From positions 124,001 through 168,439 of the forward strand of contig JAVKOQ020000107.1 of assembly GCA_031835245.2 (NCBI GenBank): a stretch of 44,439 nucleotides of DNA. The letters are read 5' to 3'. Origin of the DNA: Balamuthia mandrillaris (lineage: Eukaryota). This document shows positions 1 through 14,031 of the stretch, one piece after another (position 1 is the first letter of the stretch; each line of letters starts with the position of its first letter). The notes beneath the pieces were generated by a model. It saw nothing but the letters and a program-made list of their open reading frames with translations, ran no database searches and was not told where the DNA came from. A program made the translations under genes and the position numbers.

Positions 1-3000
1 TTGATGGACGGCTATTCAAATGCAAAAACTGGGCAACAAAATAAAATGAAGAGTTAGCACATGAACAAGGCACAAGCAGGTCGGAATCTTGGGAGATAAG
101 ACGTAAGACGTACTCTTGCCAACTGCTGCAAGCCCTGGTTCTCACAAAATACTACAAAATCCGGCTCAGATGCCAATAATACATCATAGTACCTTTTTTT
201 GTGAATAAGAAAAACACAGTGTCAGAGGGAAGTAATGGAGAAGAAAAAAAGAGAAAGCAAAGAATGAAACGTAAAGAAAGATACCTCAACATGTTGCGGT
301 GGTTGGTAAGCAATTTGTTGGCTTTGAGAACAACGGGCAAGCGACGAAGTCTATACTCTGGAATGTTTTCCGCGATGACCTTGATGCCAGCAAATATTTG
401 ATCCGAGGTGCGCGGATAGACATTGGTGTTGACATAGATCTGTGAGGTAGCCCAATCGAGGTTGGTGTGGAAGGCCCACGTCTGCATAAAGGCTTCACTG
501 CGAACGCAACACAGGTAGAGGATGCGATAGAAGGTGGGGAGAGCTTCCTCGTTGTAGGCGATCATCTTCTCGTTTGGACTGATGCCGGCAAAGAAGTCAA
601 AGAGACGAGTGGGTAGCGTTGGGCTGGAGGTAATACGGTCTACTGTTCTCTCATCAAGTTCAAGCATCTTCAGCCAGTACTCCATCATGTGCTATTTTTT
701 GTGACATTTGGTGAAGTCAGTGAACAACGTGCAAGACAGAGAGGGACAAGAAAGGAAAACAAATATTACCAATTTGTTTAGATCACACTCAGTGCGAGGA
801 CCATCAATGGTTTCGAAGAGCTGAACAAAGGCATCAAAGTGACTAGCGAACTGAAAAAAGAACAGGGATAAGAAAGGAAATATGAGCATAAAGCTAACAA
901 GTAGAGGGAATGAAAAAAGCAAAACGAACCACTGCAGCATACGGCGGCGAGCGCGCACACCACTTGAGCAGCTTAAAGTAGTTCGTCAGCTTCCAATAAG
1001 TAGTAGGAAAGTTCTCTGGTGACTTTCCAGTTATGAGTGTACTCTCCCCACGAACATGTCGCCTCGCCGTCAATAACAACGACAGCAAGTACTGATAGAC
1101 AGCCAGCAAATGAGAATCAGCGTCGGGAGTCAGCCCGGGCAAGATCTCTCTGTTGGGGTTCTTGGGGTCGACCCTAATGGCAGCCTCTGGCACCAATCCC
1201 ATTACCAAAGACTCCGCAGCCTCCCTCGTGAGATCAGAGCTGTTGGCCATCAACCAGGATTCTACCCAAGAGCCTTTGTTGCGGAACATCCACTCCCTAG
1301 CGAGAGCATTGTGCGGCATGAGGTCGGCCAGGTACTTGACTGCGTAATAGGTGGCCGTCTTGTACTTAAGATTGTTCTTGATGACCACGAGCAGGGAAGT
1401 AAGGGCTTGATCCACACGTGCACCCTGCAGAGAGTCCTCCAGGGCCAAGAGAGGGGTCAGCACATCGAAGTACGGCTGGAAACGGTCATAATCCACCGAG
1501 TCCAATCCTTTGGTGATGATCTCCAGGACATCGTGAGACAACTCCTCGTTCTCCCAACAGATATGCACCAGCACTTGAGCGAGCTCCTTTGAGTTGATGC
1601 CATCCAACAAGATCTTGGACAGGAAAGGCTTAGAGTAGAGCAGTTCTTTATCGGTGGTGGGTAGCTGAAGAGGAGCGGCCAGGGTGAGCGAGGGAGGAGT
1701 GCCTTTGTCCAGAGGGGCGTCCGTCTCACAAGCCCGTATCAGCTCGCTGAAGAGACTGACCATGAACTCCAACTTGGGAGGATTGCGTTTCTCTCCCATT
1801 TTTGCCCTCTTCTTTTTCTTCTTCTTGGAGCGCTATTCATTGAAAAGAACAGAAAAAATCGGTCAGAAGGACAGACAATAAACTAGAAATGAAGAGGAAG
1901 CATACTTTGGCAAGAGGAGAATCTTCCCCGAGATAAAAGTCTATCAAATACGCTATGACGCCTTGGTCCAACAACAGCTTCTTCTCGTTGGTTCCCAATT
2001 GGGCAAAGTCTCGCAACACCATGAAGTAATGCGCAAAGTTCTTCCAGTGCCTTTCTTTGCCCTCCAACTGCAGGCAAGAAACATAAATTGTAAGTGACTA
2101 AGACAAGCTTTGGTTAAAAGAAAAAAAGTGGCGCGTGTACCAAGGCCAAATAATTTTGGAGGAACCGAACAATAAGACAAGAGGGTCTAGTTTCGGGTTC
2201 TGAGTGCTCCACCTTTGGACCTTTCTCTTCGGAGCTCAACTGCAAAGCGAAGACAGAAAATGTTTGGTTTAGCGAAGATCTTCCACACAAAGAAGAGAAG
2301 AAAGGAAAGGAAACTGGTAATACCTCCATTTGTGTTTCTTCTGCTGCAGGAAGCACATCTACCTCTTCGTAGCGTTCACCTTCAAAAGGGCGCAAACAAT
2401 CCAGAATGCTGACGACCAAACGCGCAAACGGATAGCGCCCATCGGCCGCATTGCACGAAAACAGTATTTGTTCCAGCCAGGAAGTGTCCTTGATACCCTT
2501 CTCTTCGACAAACCACCGACATGCAGGAAGGTACTTCTCTAACAGCGGCCGCAGCTGATGTACATAGAGATGAATGCAACCCTTCTCCTTGGCGTGGACT
2601 AACGTCTCCGCGATGAAGCTAAATGCCAGCTCAATAGCTCTCATTGTAGGATGAGTAAGATCCCACGAACTGTGATAATCTGCTCAAGCAAATAAAGGCT
2701 ATGAGATTCACAAACAAACAGAGAACCACAAACATAAAACAAAGGATACGAACCGGTGACTGAAGGACCAGCTTCAAGTTTCACAATGTCCCACAAGAAC
2801 TCAAAGTAATCCACATCAAAGAGGTGCTTATCCACAAAGAAATCCATGTTCTCCTTCCAAACAGTCTCATAGATCCTGGAAGGAACATTGCCCGCTGCTT
2901 CATCCCTGCTCAATCTCACGGGTGGCTTCAATGGCTCCACTCGTTGGTAGAACAGCATGTAGGCGTTGTAGGGCTTGGCTCTCATCCTGGAGACATGTTT

Positions 3001-6000
3001 TCCTTGAATGGAGTCCCATTCCTGCACAGACTCCTCGCCACCAAAGGCGCATGCAGCGATTTCGCTTTCGTTGAAGGGATCCACGAGGGTATCGTTGAAC
3101 TGGAACCATTGCAGGCCCTTACTCTCATCTATGGGTTGACGTTCTCGAATAAACGAGTAGTAGTGGCCAAAATCAGCAGTTCCTGTATGAACCAGTATGC
3201 CAGCTAGTTCGTACTCATAATAGGAAGCTGGTCTTTCTTCCGTTCCTATGAAAGGTGATAAACAAAAAATAAATAAAAGAATAAGAAGGAAAGAAGGAAA
3301 GAGATGTGCAAACCTTCTGGAAGGGCAGTTCCCTCCTTTTTCGCCAACCCTTCTAAGGTATACGGTTCCATGTTAAGCCGCATGGGGAATTGACAAAACT
3401 CGTTGAGCTTCACGCGCTTCATCGCTTCGAGGTCAAACTCAAAACGCTTCAAGTGGATGATGAGGTTGTCGGGTAAGTTCTTTATGCAACACCGCTTGAG
3501 TGCATCCACTTTGTCATTACATTGTCCACAGAGGTACTTGTTATCCCCCTCCAGGATGTCCCCCTGTACATAGAGCTCCAGACTCTCCGCAATGTCCTTC
3601 TTATTTTTGATGTCCAAGCTCAAGGTGAAGAAGGTCTCGAAGCGTTCGGAAACATGGTTACAGTCTTTAGAGATCAGCTGGTTGCAGATTGTGCCTCCAA
3701 AGACTTCATTCAACATTTTGTCCTGTTTTTTTTTTCGACAACTAAATAAATCTTTTCCTTGATTGGAGAAAAAGGAGCAAAAAAAAAAATACCTTTTGCT
3801 GTGCTTTGGCTATGTTTTCCAAGCGATCCAAAAGCATGTTCATGAACTCTTCCGCGTCTTGCTGTTGAAGCACGTTCATAGGTTGACCCTCCCAATCCTT
3901 GTATGTCTCACAAAAAGGTCGAGTGTCGTAGTATCTCTTCTCGCTCTCTTGCAAGCTGCCAAAGATAGTCTGAAATTGGATCAACATGCTTTCTCGCTCC
4001 AGTTCCTCCAATGTCTTCTTCTTTTCCTTCTGTTTGCCTTCCTCTTCCATTGGTTCTTCGCCACCCGCCGTAGCCTCCTTTTCTTTTTCTCCAACTTCTC
4101 CTTCCTTTTGTTTTTCCAATTCTTGCTGCATTGCGGTATCTTGCAGCTGGAAGATTCCATGTCTGAAGTCTGGAACCATGAAGAACTGTTGAAGAAGGGA
4201 GTTCATGTAACAGGTAGCTCCCAAGTTCTTCAGGCCTACATAACCACACTCAGCTTTCTCAAAGGCCGATGGTAAGTACTTCCACATGGAGCGCTTGTCG
4301 CCACTATGATGTTGGGTCTTGAGCAACGCCACCAGGGCCGCAAAGTTGGTGGGGCAATCCTTTGCCAACTCTGTCAACAGTTTGAAGGCGGCTAAACGGC
4401 TCTCGGAAGTCTTGCATTTTGGTGGAGAGCGAGGGCCATGGTTTTCGATGGTAGGGATTGCAAACAGGCAATTGTGGAAGACCTCATCCATGATTCTAGC
4501 CCTAAAATACATACGAAGAAAATACAGTGAGTAATCTGAACGAAAAGAAGAAAAAGTACAAGAACCAGGAGATGTAGTAGCGGTTATTGTTGATCGGACA
4601 ACCAAATGCATGTCACGATCAACAGATATGCAGCTACCATTGTTTAAAAAATATGGATATTGCTCTAGCACCTTATTAATTCAAAGGTGGGAACTGTGTC
4701 TATACCAAAAAGTATAGACCGACACCCGCCTTCGCAGTACAGATGCGATAGAAGAGATCGATGAAGAGAAGAGAAGAGAACGATGAAGAGAACGGCACGA
4801 AGAGAGGAGACACAAACCCTGAGGTAGGTCCTATCTTCTGCTTGAGCTCAACGCTAAAGCTGACCAGGGTGCAAAGTAGGTTCATCACGCCAACAAGTAC
4901 GTGATCAACAGTCTCCACGCGTCGCTGTTTGTCAATTACTGTTAGCAAGATAAAAAGAGGAGGAAAAAAAAAACAATACCTGTTCGAACGTAGGATGCTC
5001 CTTAAGGATTTGGACGAGCTTCGCAACAAGCTCATCAAACTTGGAAATATCACCTCCCGCAGTTCCTCTGCAAGAATCTGCCACCAGCTTATTCAGCAGC
5101 ACAAAGTATTGCTCCAAAGTGGTCAGCTGGGGTTGCTTCGACGCCAACTCCGGAAGCAACACCAACGACCGAGAGAGGAAATAGGCGTGAGCCAAATCGG
5201 CGTTGCTACATGTAGCTGTGTCGCATAACCGACAGATAAAGGCCAACACGGTCTTCCTTATGTCAGGATTGTTAGTGTTAACGAGCACTGTGGAGAACCA
5301 TTCCTCCGTGGAGGAATGATTCAAGAGGCACTTCAAAAGCGTATCCGGATGAGAAACGCAACATGCCTCCGCCAAGGCGAGGCACCGTTTTACAATCTCC
5401 GCGTCTAAAGCATCTGGCTCCCGTGCGCTTTGCTCGGGAGCGGGCTCGTTCATGGCGGCCGCGTGACCACTGAGCTGGAGCAGCTTTTCGATCAACAGCG
5501 GCGTATCTACATTGCTTTCAACCAAATTTGCTCGTAGCGTTCGCAGTGGCTCTCCGCCTTCTTCCTTACTTGGTTGTTCCTCTGTTCACAAAGGTGATAT
5601 GAAAATAAACCATAATAAATATCAATAGCGTATTGCAAACTTTTTAGGAATGAAGCAAGAATAGAGGACTGTACCAATTACAAAAAAGTTGATGACTTTC
5701 ATCAATAACGACAAGACGTGCTTGCGTTTGCTTCCGTGAGAGACTTGCAAGAGGTCGTTTCTGGTTGCCACGTGGAACAAATGCCGAAGTCCTCCCTTAT
5801 GAAGAAAATTGTCACACCACAACCGCTTCGCCTTTGTTTCTTCCTACAATGAGAGAACACATTACAATCAGAACCAAAAAAAAAGTTGTCGTTCTGAAAG
5901 ATACACATTTCCATATACATACCTCCGTTTCTCTGTGTGCAGGTTCCATCTTAAGCTCCACAATCTGAAGCGAATAAAGCAACTTAAATGTTGACAGAGG

Positions 6001-9000
6001 GTCCAAGAGGTCATCCCACTTGGGCTGTGGCTGAGCGCCATCTTGGAAGGTCTCTATGGCGTGTAAAACGTTGCTGTTGGTGGGCAAGCTCATTAACAGC
6101 TCCCACACCATCATTCCAATGTCGGAAGCATTGTCGATGTTCAACAAACCAAAAAGAAGTTCGAAGTATTCTTGCTTTGACAAGATTGTGCTGGGTAATG
6201 CGTTTTTGTCCGTCTGTTTTTGTTTGGCGGAAACCGTTTTAAATAAATGAAGCTCCGACAGAAACAAAATGGGGAAAATGTACCTTCCCAGAAGAAGCAG
6301 AAGTTGCTTTGGCCTGCTTGGCAGCTGTGTTTGTCCGCCAAATCACATGAATCATTTGTTGGTCCACGAAGCGAGAAGCTTGCAGCGTATCCGAGTCGTT
6401 CTTTAGCTCTTTGCCAGCGGTGATAATTCGCACATCTTCGACTTTCTTTCCGTTGTCCTTGGCAAGCTTCTCTCTGAGCATACCCACGGTGTCGTGGCTG
6501 TTCATTTCAAAGCTCGTTTTCTCATTCTGGGCTAAGATGGAACAAGTGATACGCAAGGGGACGCCTTTGCCAGTGGCGGCATGGCCAGTTTCGGTACCCT
6601 CTAAATCTGCGAGGAAGGTTTTGAGCAAAAGCAGGCAACGCCTAATGCGGCGGATGGATTGCTCGTCAAGTTTCTTGGAAGCGGCCTCAGAGAGATGAGA
6701 CATGCAAGTGTCCAAGTACTTCTCACGATACTCCACCAGACGAGGCGCCAGCTCCAAAGAAACCGTTTTGTGAAGGCGGTTGAGAAAGGTAATGGCTTTG
6801 CTGCCAACCTCCTCGTCCTGCGCTTCCAGCGCCACTCGCCACATGTTGTCCAAGCCCATCAGATCAAAGGAGAGCACGCAATAGTCTTTCTGTGGAGTTT
6901 CCTCGAAGGACTTGTTCTTCCAGTTCATGTAACGGAAGTAGAATTCAAACAGGCCAAATCCTTTGACAGAGAGGGCGGAGAAGTCCAAGGAAGGTATTTT
7001 TTTCGTAAAAATATACTCCGTAGTTTCGTCGGATAGAAGAGGAAACGCCTTTTTTTCGAAAAAAAAAATAATTAAAGCAAAATTAGAAATGTTAGAGGGG
7101 GGTGCTTCGAAACAAAAAGGGGTACCCTTCTATTTCTGGCAGTTTCCAACCACCCAAAAGCGAGATCCCGCTCGTCCGATGTCAGTGCTTCCGTTATAAG
7201 TGAGGACCAAAACTCATCTGCCCTCTCAGTGGAGAGTGTCAAAGGGGAGTTGCCCAAAATGTAATCCAAAAACTGCAGCCGCTCTGAGATTTGAAGCCGA
7301 TGAGGATGACAGCCAACCAAGTTTTGTTCGTTTAGGTCGTGGGGAGTGTCCATAAATCTTTGCGCTGTTGCCTTGGCTTTCGTTTTGTAGTCCACCAGGT
7401 CAGCAAAGAACAAGGAACACAGCTGCAGGTTATCATCCAGCCAGGAAATAACGTGAGAACGGGTGTCCACCTCCTTCTCCGTCGATTTCTCATAGTGAGT
7501 TTCTATTAGAACAACATAAAATGAGAGGTAAGGATCACCAGTGGTACAAGAGAGAAGGAGAGTACCAATTATTTTCTGTAGCAATTGAAGAGATTGAGGG
7601 ACAGAAGTTTGCTGTTGTAGATTGTTGACACAGCGTTCCATGTAATTTTGCCGTATAAGGAAGCAGTTGGGCCACTGTAGAAAATGCTCAAGGAAGAGAT
7701 GTGCTTGATTTACAGCAAATGGACTAGCATTTGATCCATCCTGAATGATATCCCACATGATATCCATTCCGTACCATTTCTTTTCTGGCTCCTGATTTGG
7801 TTAAATGGGGATCAGCAACACAAAGCAAAAAAAAAAAAAGAATGCAAGGAAGAGGAATAGCTACCGTTAAACGAAGGTTGATACCGCGTATGGAGACAGC
7901 ACGGATTAGATCAAAGGCATGTGAATCGTAGAGATCCAAAGGCAATGTCGTTATCTTCTCGAACAGATAGTCAAGATTGTCCAGGGGTAACACCGGTACC
8001 AACTCCCCGAGAGTGGTAAAGATGATGTGCCTCGTGGACTCGTGCTTGCCAATAGTTGCGCCATAAATCATGTCAATATGGCTCGGGTGGAGTTGTTCCT
8101 TCCTGGCAAAAAACATTGGGATGCTTATGCACCGGCGCAGCAGCTCGGGATGCGGGCTACGCACGTAAAGCTCTTCCAAAATTTGTTTCGACAACAACCA
8201 TTGCAGCATGTACCTATGCACAAAAAGAGACAAGGAACAAGAAAATAAAGGTTAGTTAAAAGGAGAAAACCAGGAAAAGAAAGAGATTTTTTGTACTCGC
8301 TATCAAGCCATGGACTTAACCGGGGCAATCGAGGAGAAGGAGCTGGGCCGTAGGCACCAACATGAAGCCGACCAGCATGATATTCTTCTTTTTTAATTAT
8401 AACATCTAGATATCGCTTGATATCATTAAGACCACACATTCTCTTTTCCAAGTAAGGAGACATAAACAGCTTGTAGCTAAACGCAACAGATGTCAGCGAT
8501 TCGATGGAATGAAACATTGACAAAATAACGAGAAGAAAAGATGTTTACCTGATAGCAAGATCGAATTTGTCAACGAGAGTGGTGGCATCCTCAGGGTTAA
8601 GCTGCCGCAAAAGCACGTTCATAGCGGTATTGATACTGGTAATCGTTTTTCTGCTCTCTCCCTTCAACTCTTCGTCCGTCATTGAAAGAATGTAGTTGAA
8701 CACAATACCTCTCAACTGATCTATCAATTCCATAGCAATCGGGACTTTAAGAAAGTCGCAGGCCTACACAAAAGGAGGTTAGTTGAAAACGACAGGGTGT
8801 GAGAGAAAGAATGTATACATTCACATAAGAATAAGAAAGGATAAAACATACTCTACGAATAATTTTTACAATCCACTTCAGAGCGTCTAATCGAAGTTTT
8901 GGTGTTTGTTTTAGTCGGTCAATAAGCCTCTGGAAGCCATTTTTCCTCCCAAAGTATTGGAGCATCTCAAGCAGATACTTCGATTCCCAACGAGCATACT

Positions 9001-9167
9001 GAGAGAGAGAAATCAGTATTTCAGTGGTGCCCTTTTTGAAGCAACAAAGATACACACCTTGGGATGCACGAAAGATTGTTTCGCTCCTTCGTCCTCTGAG
9101 TCTTCAGATGATTCCTCTTCAGAGTTTTCTACCATATCCTCCTGCTCAACACAATCGCATTAGTCAA

Positions 9168-9199
<32 letters not shown>

Positions 9200-9864
9200 G
9201 AGGAGGAAGGGCAAAAAGAGGAATTAATAAGCCACTAACCTCACTATCCAGTTTAACACCGAATTTTAAATAAAAGTTCTTTTGTGTGGGGGAAAATAAG
9301 CGACCAACGGTCTTGAGGAGTTCCACAGATGGATCATCAAGAGTAAGAAGGGCCACTTTTAAGACATGTCTAAAGAATCGTGCCACTTTGTCCGGCAAAT
9401 CTTCTTCAACATAATCCCTATATTCACAATGGATGAGTCATCCGTGGCCAGTTGAAGCAAAAAAGAAAAACATATGATCAAGCATGAAACGGTGGTTATC
9501 CACTTACCCTCTCTTTAATAGCGTAAGTACAGCTTTGGGCAGTATTTGAGTTAAGACAAACTGTTTGCTGTCCAGTGGAAACGTTTCATCTTCGATAGCA
9601 TCCAACCAGTCCTCTATCATGTCCATAGTGTCCGGGGCTTTGGCATCTGGACGAAATAAATAAACCAAACAAGAGAAAAAAAAGAAAAGAAACAAGCCTA
9701 AAATGAGAAGAACTTCAATAAGTCAAAGTGAGAACGGAGTTACCTTTCTTTAAGTTCCCCTCCAGGAAACGCGCTTCCTTTTTGACATCATCGAGAGAGG
9801 GACGGTTTGCAACGACCGCCTCAACACCATTCGAGGCTTCTCCTCCACTCACTCCGTTGCTCAT
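1..9864 (-). CDS. Large ubiquitin-specific protease of the USP9X/USP24/USP34 group; multi-exon, 3' end runs off the window
   Basis: Cys box GYVGLKNLGATCYMNSLLQQ (~4190-4250), QQDAEEF, HLKRFEFD, His box ILVHTGTADFGHYYSFI (~3150-3200), NAYMLFY. A ubiquitin-like domain (TVGMLREKLA...IITAGKELKND) precedes the catalytic domain. Exons checked join through GT-AG introns. First in-frame ATG at 9864. Confidence 0.93.
4570..4748 (-). ncRNA. Candidate intronic box H/ACA snoRNA
   Basis: Inside USP intron 4502-4817 on the sense strand. Hairpin 1: GCAUCU/AGGUGC lower stem, pocket, CGAAGGCGGG/CCCACCUUUG, GUCUAUAC/GUAUAGAC. H box AGAGCA at 4661-4666. Hairpin 2: GGUAGC/GCUACU, pocket, UGUUGAUCG/CGAUCAACA. 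ACA box at 4573-4575. Confidence 0.7.
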
Positions 9865-10490
9865 TTTGGTGGTGTGTGTGTGTTCGTCGGGTGGTAGTGT
9901 AACAAAAGCTGGGCGAACAACAGGCGGGGAAGAGAGAGGCGATGAAAAGTAATTGGCTGCTAAAGATCCAAAACTTTCTTCTTCCTGGTCTTCTTCTTCC
10001 TCCTCCTCTTCTTCCTCAGAGGTTGTGTGTGTTTGGGAAGCAACTAGTGAAGCAACAAAAGGCAGAGAAGAAGGTAACGAGATGGTCTCTGGAGTATGTC
10101 CCTCGCTTTCTTCTTCCTGCTCCTCCTCTTCTTCTTCTTCTTCTTCAGAGGGAGAAACTTTGTCTGTTTCCTCTGGGCTTAGTTGTCTCCTTTGCTTTTT
10201 CTGTTGTTGCTGCTCGTCGCTGACGTTGGGCTCACCGCTGGGAGGAACCGCAACAAGACCGTGCTTTCTCTTGTTATCAGACGTTGTACAAGCGAGAGAC
10301 GAGTCCCTTATTGGTGCTGCTCCTGCCGCTTCTCCTCGTTCTTGCTCCTCACAAGCAGACCTGGCAAAAGGCTTTGGGTCTTGAATGGTTCCTCTTTGTT
10401 TTTTTGTGTTGATTTTTGTGGTTATTGTTTTTTTTCCCCTTTCTCTCTCGTGCCCTCGCTAGAAAAGAGAAGCCAAGCAAAGGGAGGAGA

Positions 10491-10530
10491 AGCGCGAAGA
10501 AGCGCGAAGAAGCGCGAAGAAGCGCGAAGA
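10491..10530. repeat. 10-mer tandem repeat (AGCGCGAAGA)x4 in a predicted USP 5'-leader intron
   Basis: Four perfect copies visible. Confidence 0.9.
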
Positions 10531-11359
10531 AGCAAGAGGGAAAGAGAGAACGAATAAAAAGTGTCTCAGTGAAAAGTGGGATATTAAGAGAAAATAAATA
10601 AATAAAAGATGAAGGCGGAAGGAGGATTGGCGTTTTGGGGAGGGAGAGAGAGGGAGAGGGAGAGGGAGAGAGAGAGAGAGAGAGAAAAACGAACCTCTCC
10701 GACCGAACGCCCGAGCGCACTGTTTCTGGAGGCGAAGAAAAGACAAAGGCGAGCAAAAAAAAAAATAAAACAAAAAAAAAGCTGGCGGCGCGCCGCATGC
10801 GTAGGTTAGCGAACAGCAGGGAAACCCCAAAAAACAGAAAATAGCAATAAAATGCGCACAACAAAAAAAAGAAAATCGGGAGAGTGTTTATAAAAAAAGG
10901 GGGGGAAGAGGGGGATTGATTATGATGGAATCCACCACCAATCCAAAAAAAATAATAAATAAAATAAATATTTCTCTGCACAACACTAAAGAATAAGATC
11001 TGTGCGTCCTAGGCAAGCGACAAACAAAACCAAGAGGAAAAAAAGGGGGGATGGGAGATGCGGGAAGACAGACAGAGAGAGAGAGAGAGAGGGAGAGAGC
11101 CCACGTACCTCAAAGGGTGTGCTTTAAGTTTTTTTTTTTTGCGTTCCTTTTATTTTTTTCTTTTTCTTTTTCTTTTTCTTATTTTTTTTTTGGGTTATTT
11201 AAAGTTTTTTTCCTTAAATTTTTAAACTTGTCCATTTAAGGTTCTATTAATGAATTAGCTGAAAATTTTCCATGAAATAGATGCCGAAATTTCCTGGCCA
11301 ACCAATCTGGGCACATCATTTGAGGTAGTGGAGGAGGAAAACCTAAACTCCGAATAGCT

Positions 11360-13007
11360 TTAACTCCGTTCGAAGAGCACGACCAGCTCGCAGTGGGTGG
11401 TGTGGGGGAACATGTCCACGGCAATGGCACGAACGGGTTTGAATGGCTCGCCGCTCAGCGTCTTTGAGGGAGCGCGACAAAGGCTTTGTGAAGGAGAGCA
11501 TTACACACGTGCACTTGAATGGGAAAGAAAGCAAGCAATGCAGAATGAAGAATCGTTCTACGTACATGCCGACATTTTCAAGCAATGAGCGCTGGCTGCA
11601 AGAGACATAGACCAACCGTTTGAGGAAAGAGGCTTTGCGGATGGCTCTGAGCACAGCCGGATCTATTAAAACAACAATCCATGAATGAATGAATCTCCAA
11701 AAAAAAAAAAAAACAACCAAATGAAATGAAGAAGACAAGACGTACGCAGACCGCCTCGAGGTGGATCACTAGCAATCAGCAGGTAGGAGAAAGTGAATGA
11801 GTAGGACTCAGAGTGAGATGAGAGAGAGGGAAGAGAGGGAAGAGAGGGAAGAGAGAGAAGAGAGAGCCAGCATACACAATTCCGACGCATTTCTCCACAT
11901 TTTGTTCCAACACACTCGGCAATACATCTTCCGCTTTGCCCAGCACAAACCGAGCGTTGGTTATGCCATTGATCTCTGCATTGAGCTCGCAGTCCTTAAC
12001 CGCCGATTCTACCATCTCGATGCCAACCACATCCTTCACGTGCCGAGCCATGGTCAGGCCGATGGTGCCAGTGCCGCAGCAAATGTCAAAGACGGTGGTC
12101 TCGGCATCAGCTTCACACCACTCCGCGATAATCGTGTAAAGGACTTCTGCTCCTTTGGTGTTCACCTGGAAAAAGGATGCTGGCGAAATGCGGAATCTAT
12201 GTTTTGTGTTTGTGGTAGAGTCAATGCAAACAAACAAATGTAAGGGGATAGAGACGAAAGAGAGGGAAAGGAAGAGATAATATTGTACTTTAGACCACAC
12301 ACTGTTTCATAAATATATTTCTCGCCCCAAAGATGTTCTACGGGAAGGTCGTGAGGAGCTGTATGACGCCAAAAGGAGATAATAGTAAGCCATACAGATT
12401 TTGATAACAAAAACAAAATCAGTTTTGCATGAACGGATGTTATTACCTCGATTGGATATACCATCATACTCTTGAAAGTATAGAGAAGCTAAATGAAGCG
12501 TATCTGTCTTATGAGCTGCAAAGTGCTCGGTGAATTGTTGCTTCACTTTTGCAACTTCCTCCTTCTCAACGTCCGCCGTTCGTACTTGGAGCACTGCCAT
12601 TACTATCAGTTTTTAGGTTAGTTTTGTTACTCCTAAGTATTTCACTCGTATTCATTCTTACCTTCTCCAGATTGGCAAGTCCTGAACAAAAGCACAGTGT
12701 GAGTAAGCATGAGAAACCTGGAGAAGAGAGAAGAGAGAGAAGAGAGAGGAGCAAGAAGAGAAGAGAGGAGAGAAGAAAGAGGGAAAGAGAAAGAGAAATG
12801 GCAAAAGCCAATATAGGAGATACTCACCTAATTTCAAGTTGTCGCCAAAACCCTGCATGGTCAATTTTATTGAAAGCGGGCAGGTTTGTAGATTCAATAA
12901 ACTGTTGAATGATATTGCGGGTAAGCTTTGCATCTGAAGGGACATTCGCACATTCGGCTGGGTCCTTTAAGATTTCAAGCAAACATTATTAGGTATGGGG
13001 AGAGAGA

Positions 13008-13049
<42 letters not shown>

Positions 13050-13990
13050 GGCAACGCAGGTGATATTTTGCTCAGTTTTGCCAAGAGAAAAGCCAACACA
13101 TATCTTGCCTTTCAAGTCCACGCCGATTGTGAAGCTAACTTTGTTTCGATAGCCTTCCCTTACAGGCGCTTCTTTTAGATCCACCAAGTCGCAAGCAGGC
13201 CTACCTCCACGCCTTTGTTTGTGTGCGTGTTTAAAGAAAGAACCAACTTCAAAGAAAAAACGAAAGAAAGAAACGAGATGAGAAAACATACTGCTTGACC
13301 CACTCGGGTACGTTGTATTTACTTTCTTTGCGGACACGCTGAGTGATTTGCTTCAGAGTTTTTATCATTTCTTGCCGCTTCTGTTTAAGTTGTTCTTCAT
13401 AGGCCAATCTGATGGAACGGGAACACATACCAAAGAATATAAACATCAATAAAAGCACCAAAGAGAGTAGCAAAAACAACGAAATAAGCAGAAAAAGAAA
13501 TGAAAAGAAATGAGAATGGAAACATACTTCCAAAGAGGAGTCACAACATCGTTGATGTGATCAGGAATAGCTGCTTCTTGCTGCGCTTCATCACCATCGG
13601 TTTTCCTCTTCTTTCTTGCGTCTCCTCTTCCTCCGCCTCGTTTCGCTTTCTCTGCTCCTTCTTCATGCACTGAAGAATCAGCGCGTTCCTTTTGTTTGCC
13701 TTTTCCTTCTGCCTCTTCTCCTTCCGCTCCATCTTCTTCTTCTCGGTCTCTCTTTATGCCTTTTGGTTCTGACATCTTTGCCACTAACGTGTTCTTCTTG
13801 ATCTTCTGTCCGTGCAACACCTGAATAGCCTTTTCACAGCTTTCTTTATCCTACAGTTTACATAACAACAACAACAAATGAGGAGGATCCAAAAGAACAA
13901 AAACCTAAGAAATACAAGAAAGAAACTACAGAGAGAGAGAGAGAGAGAGAGAGAAGAAACTACAGAGGGAGAGAGAAAGGAGCAAGAGAG

Positions 13991-14031
<41 letters not shown>

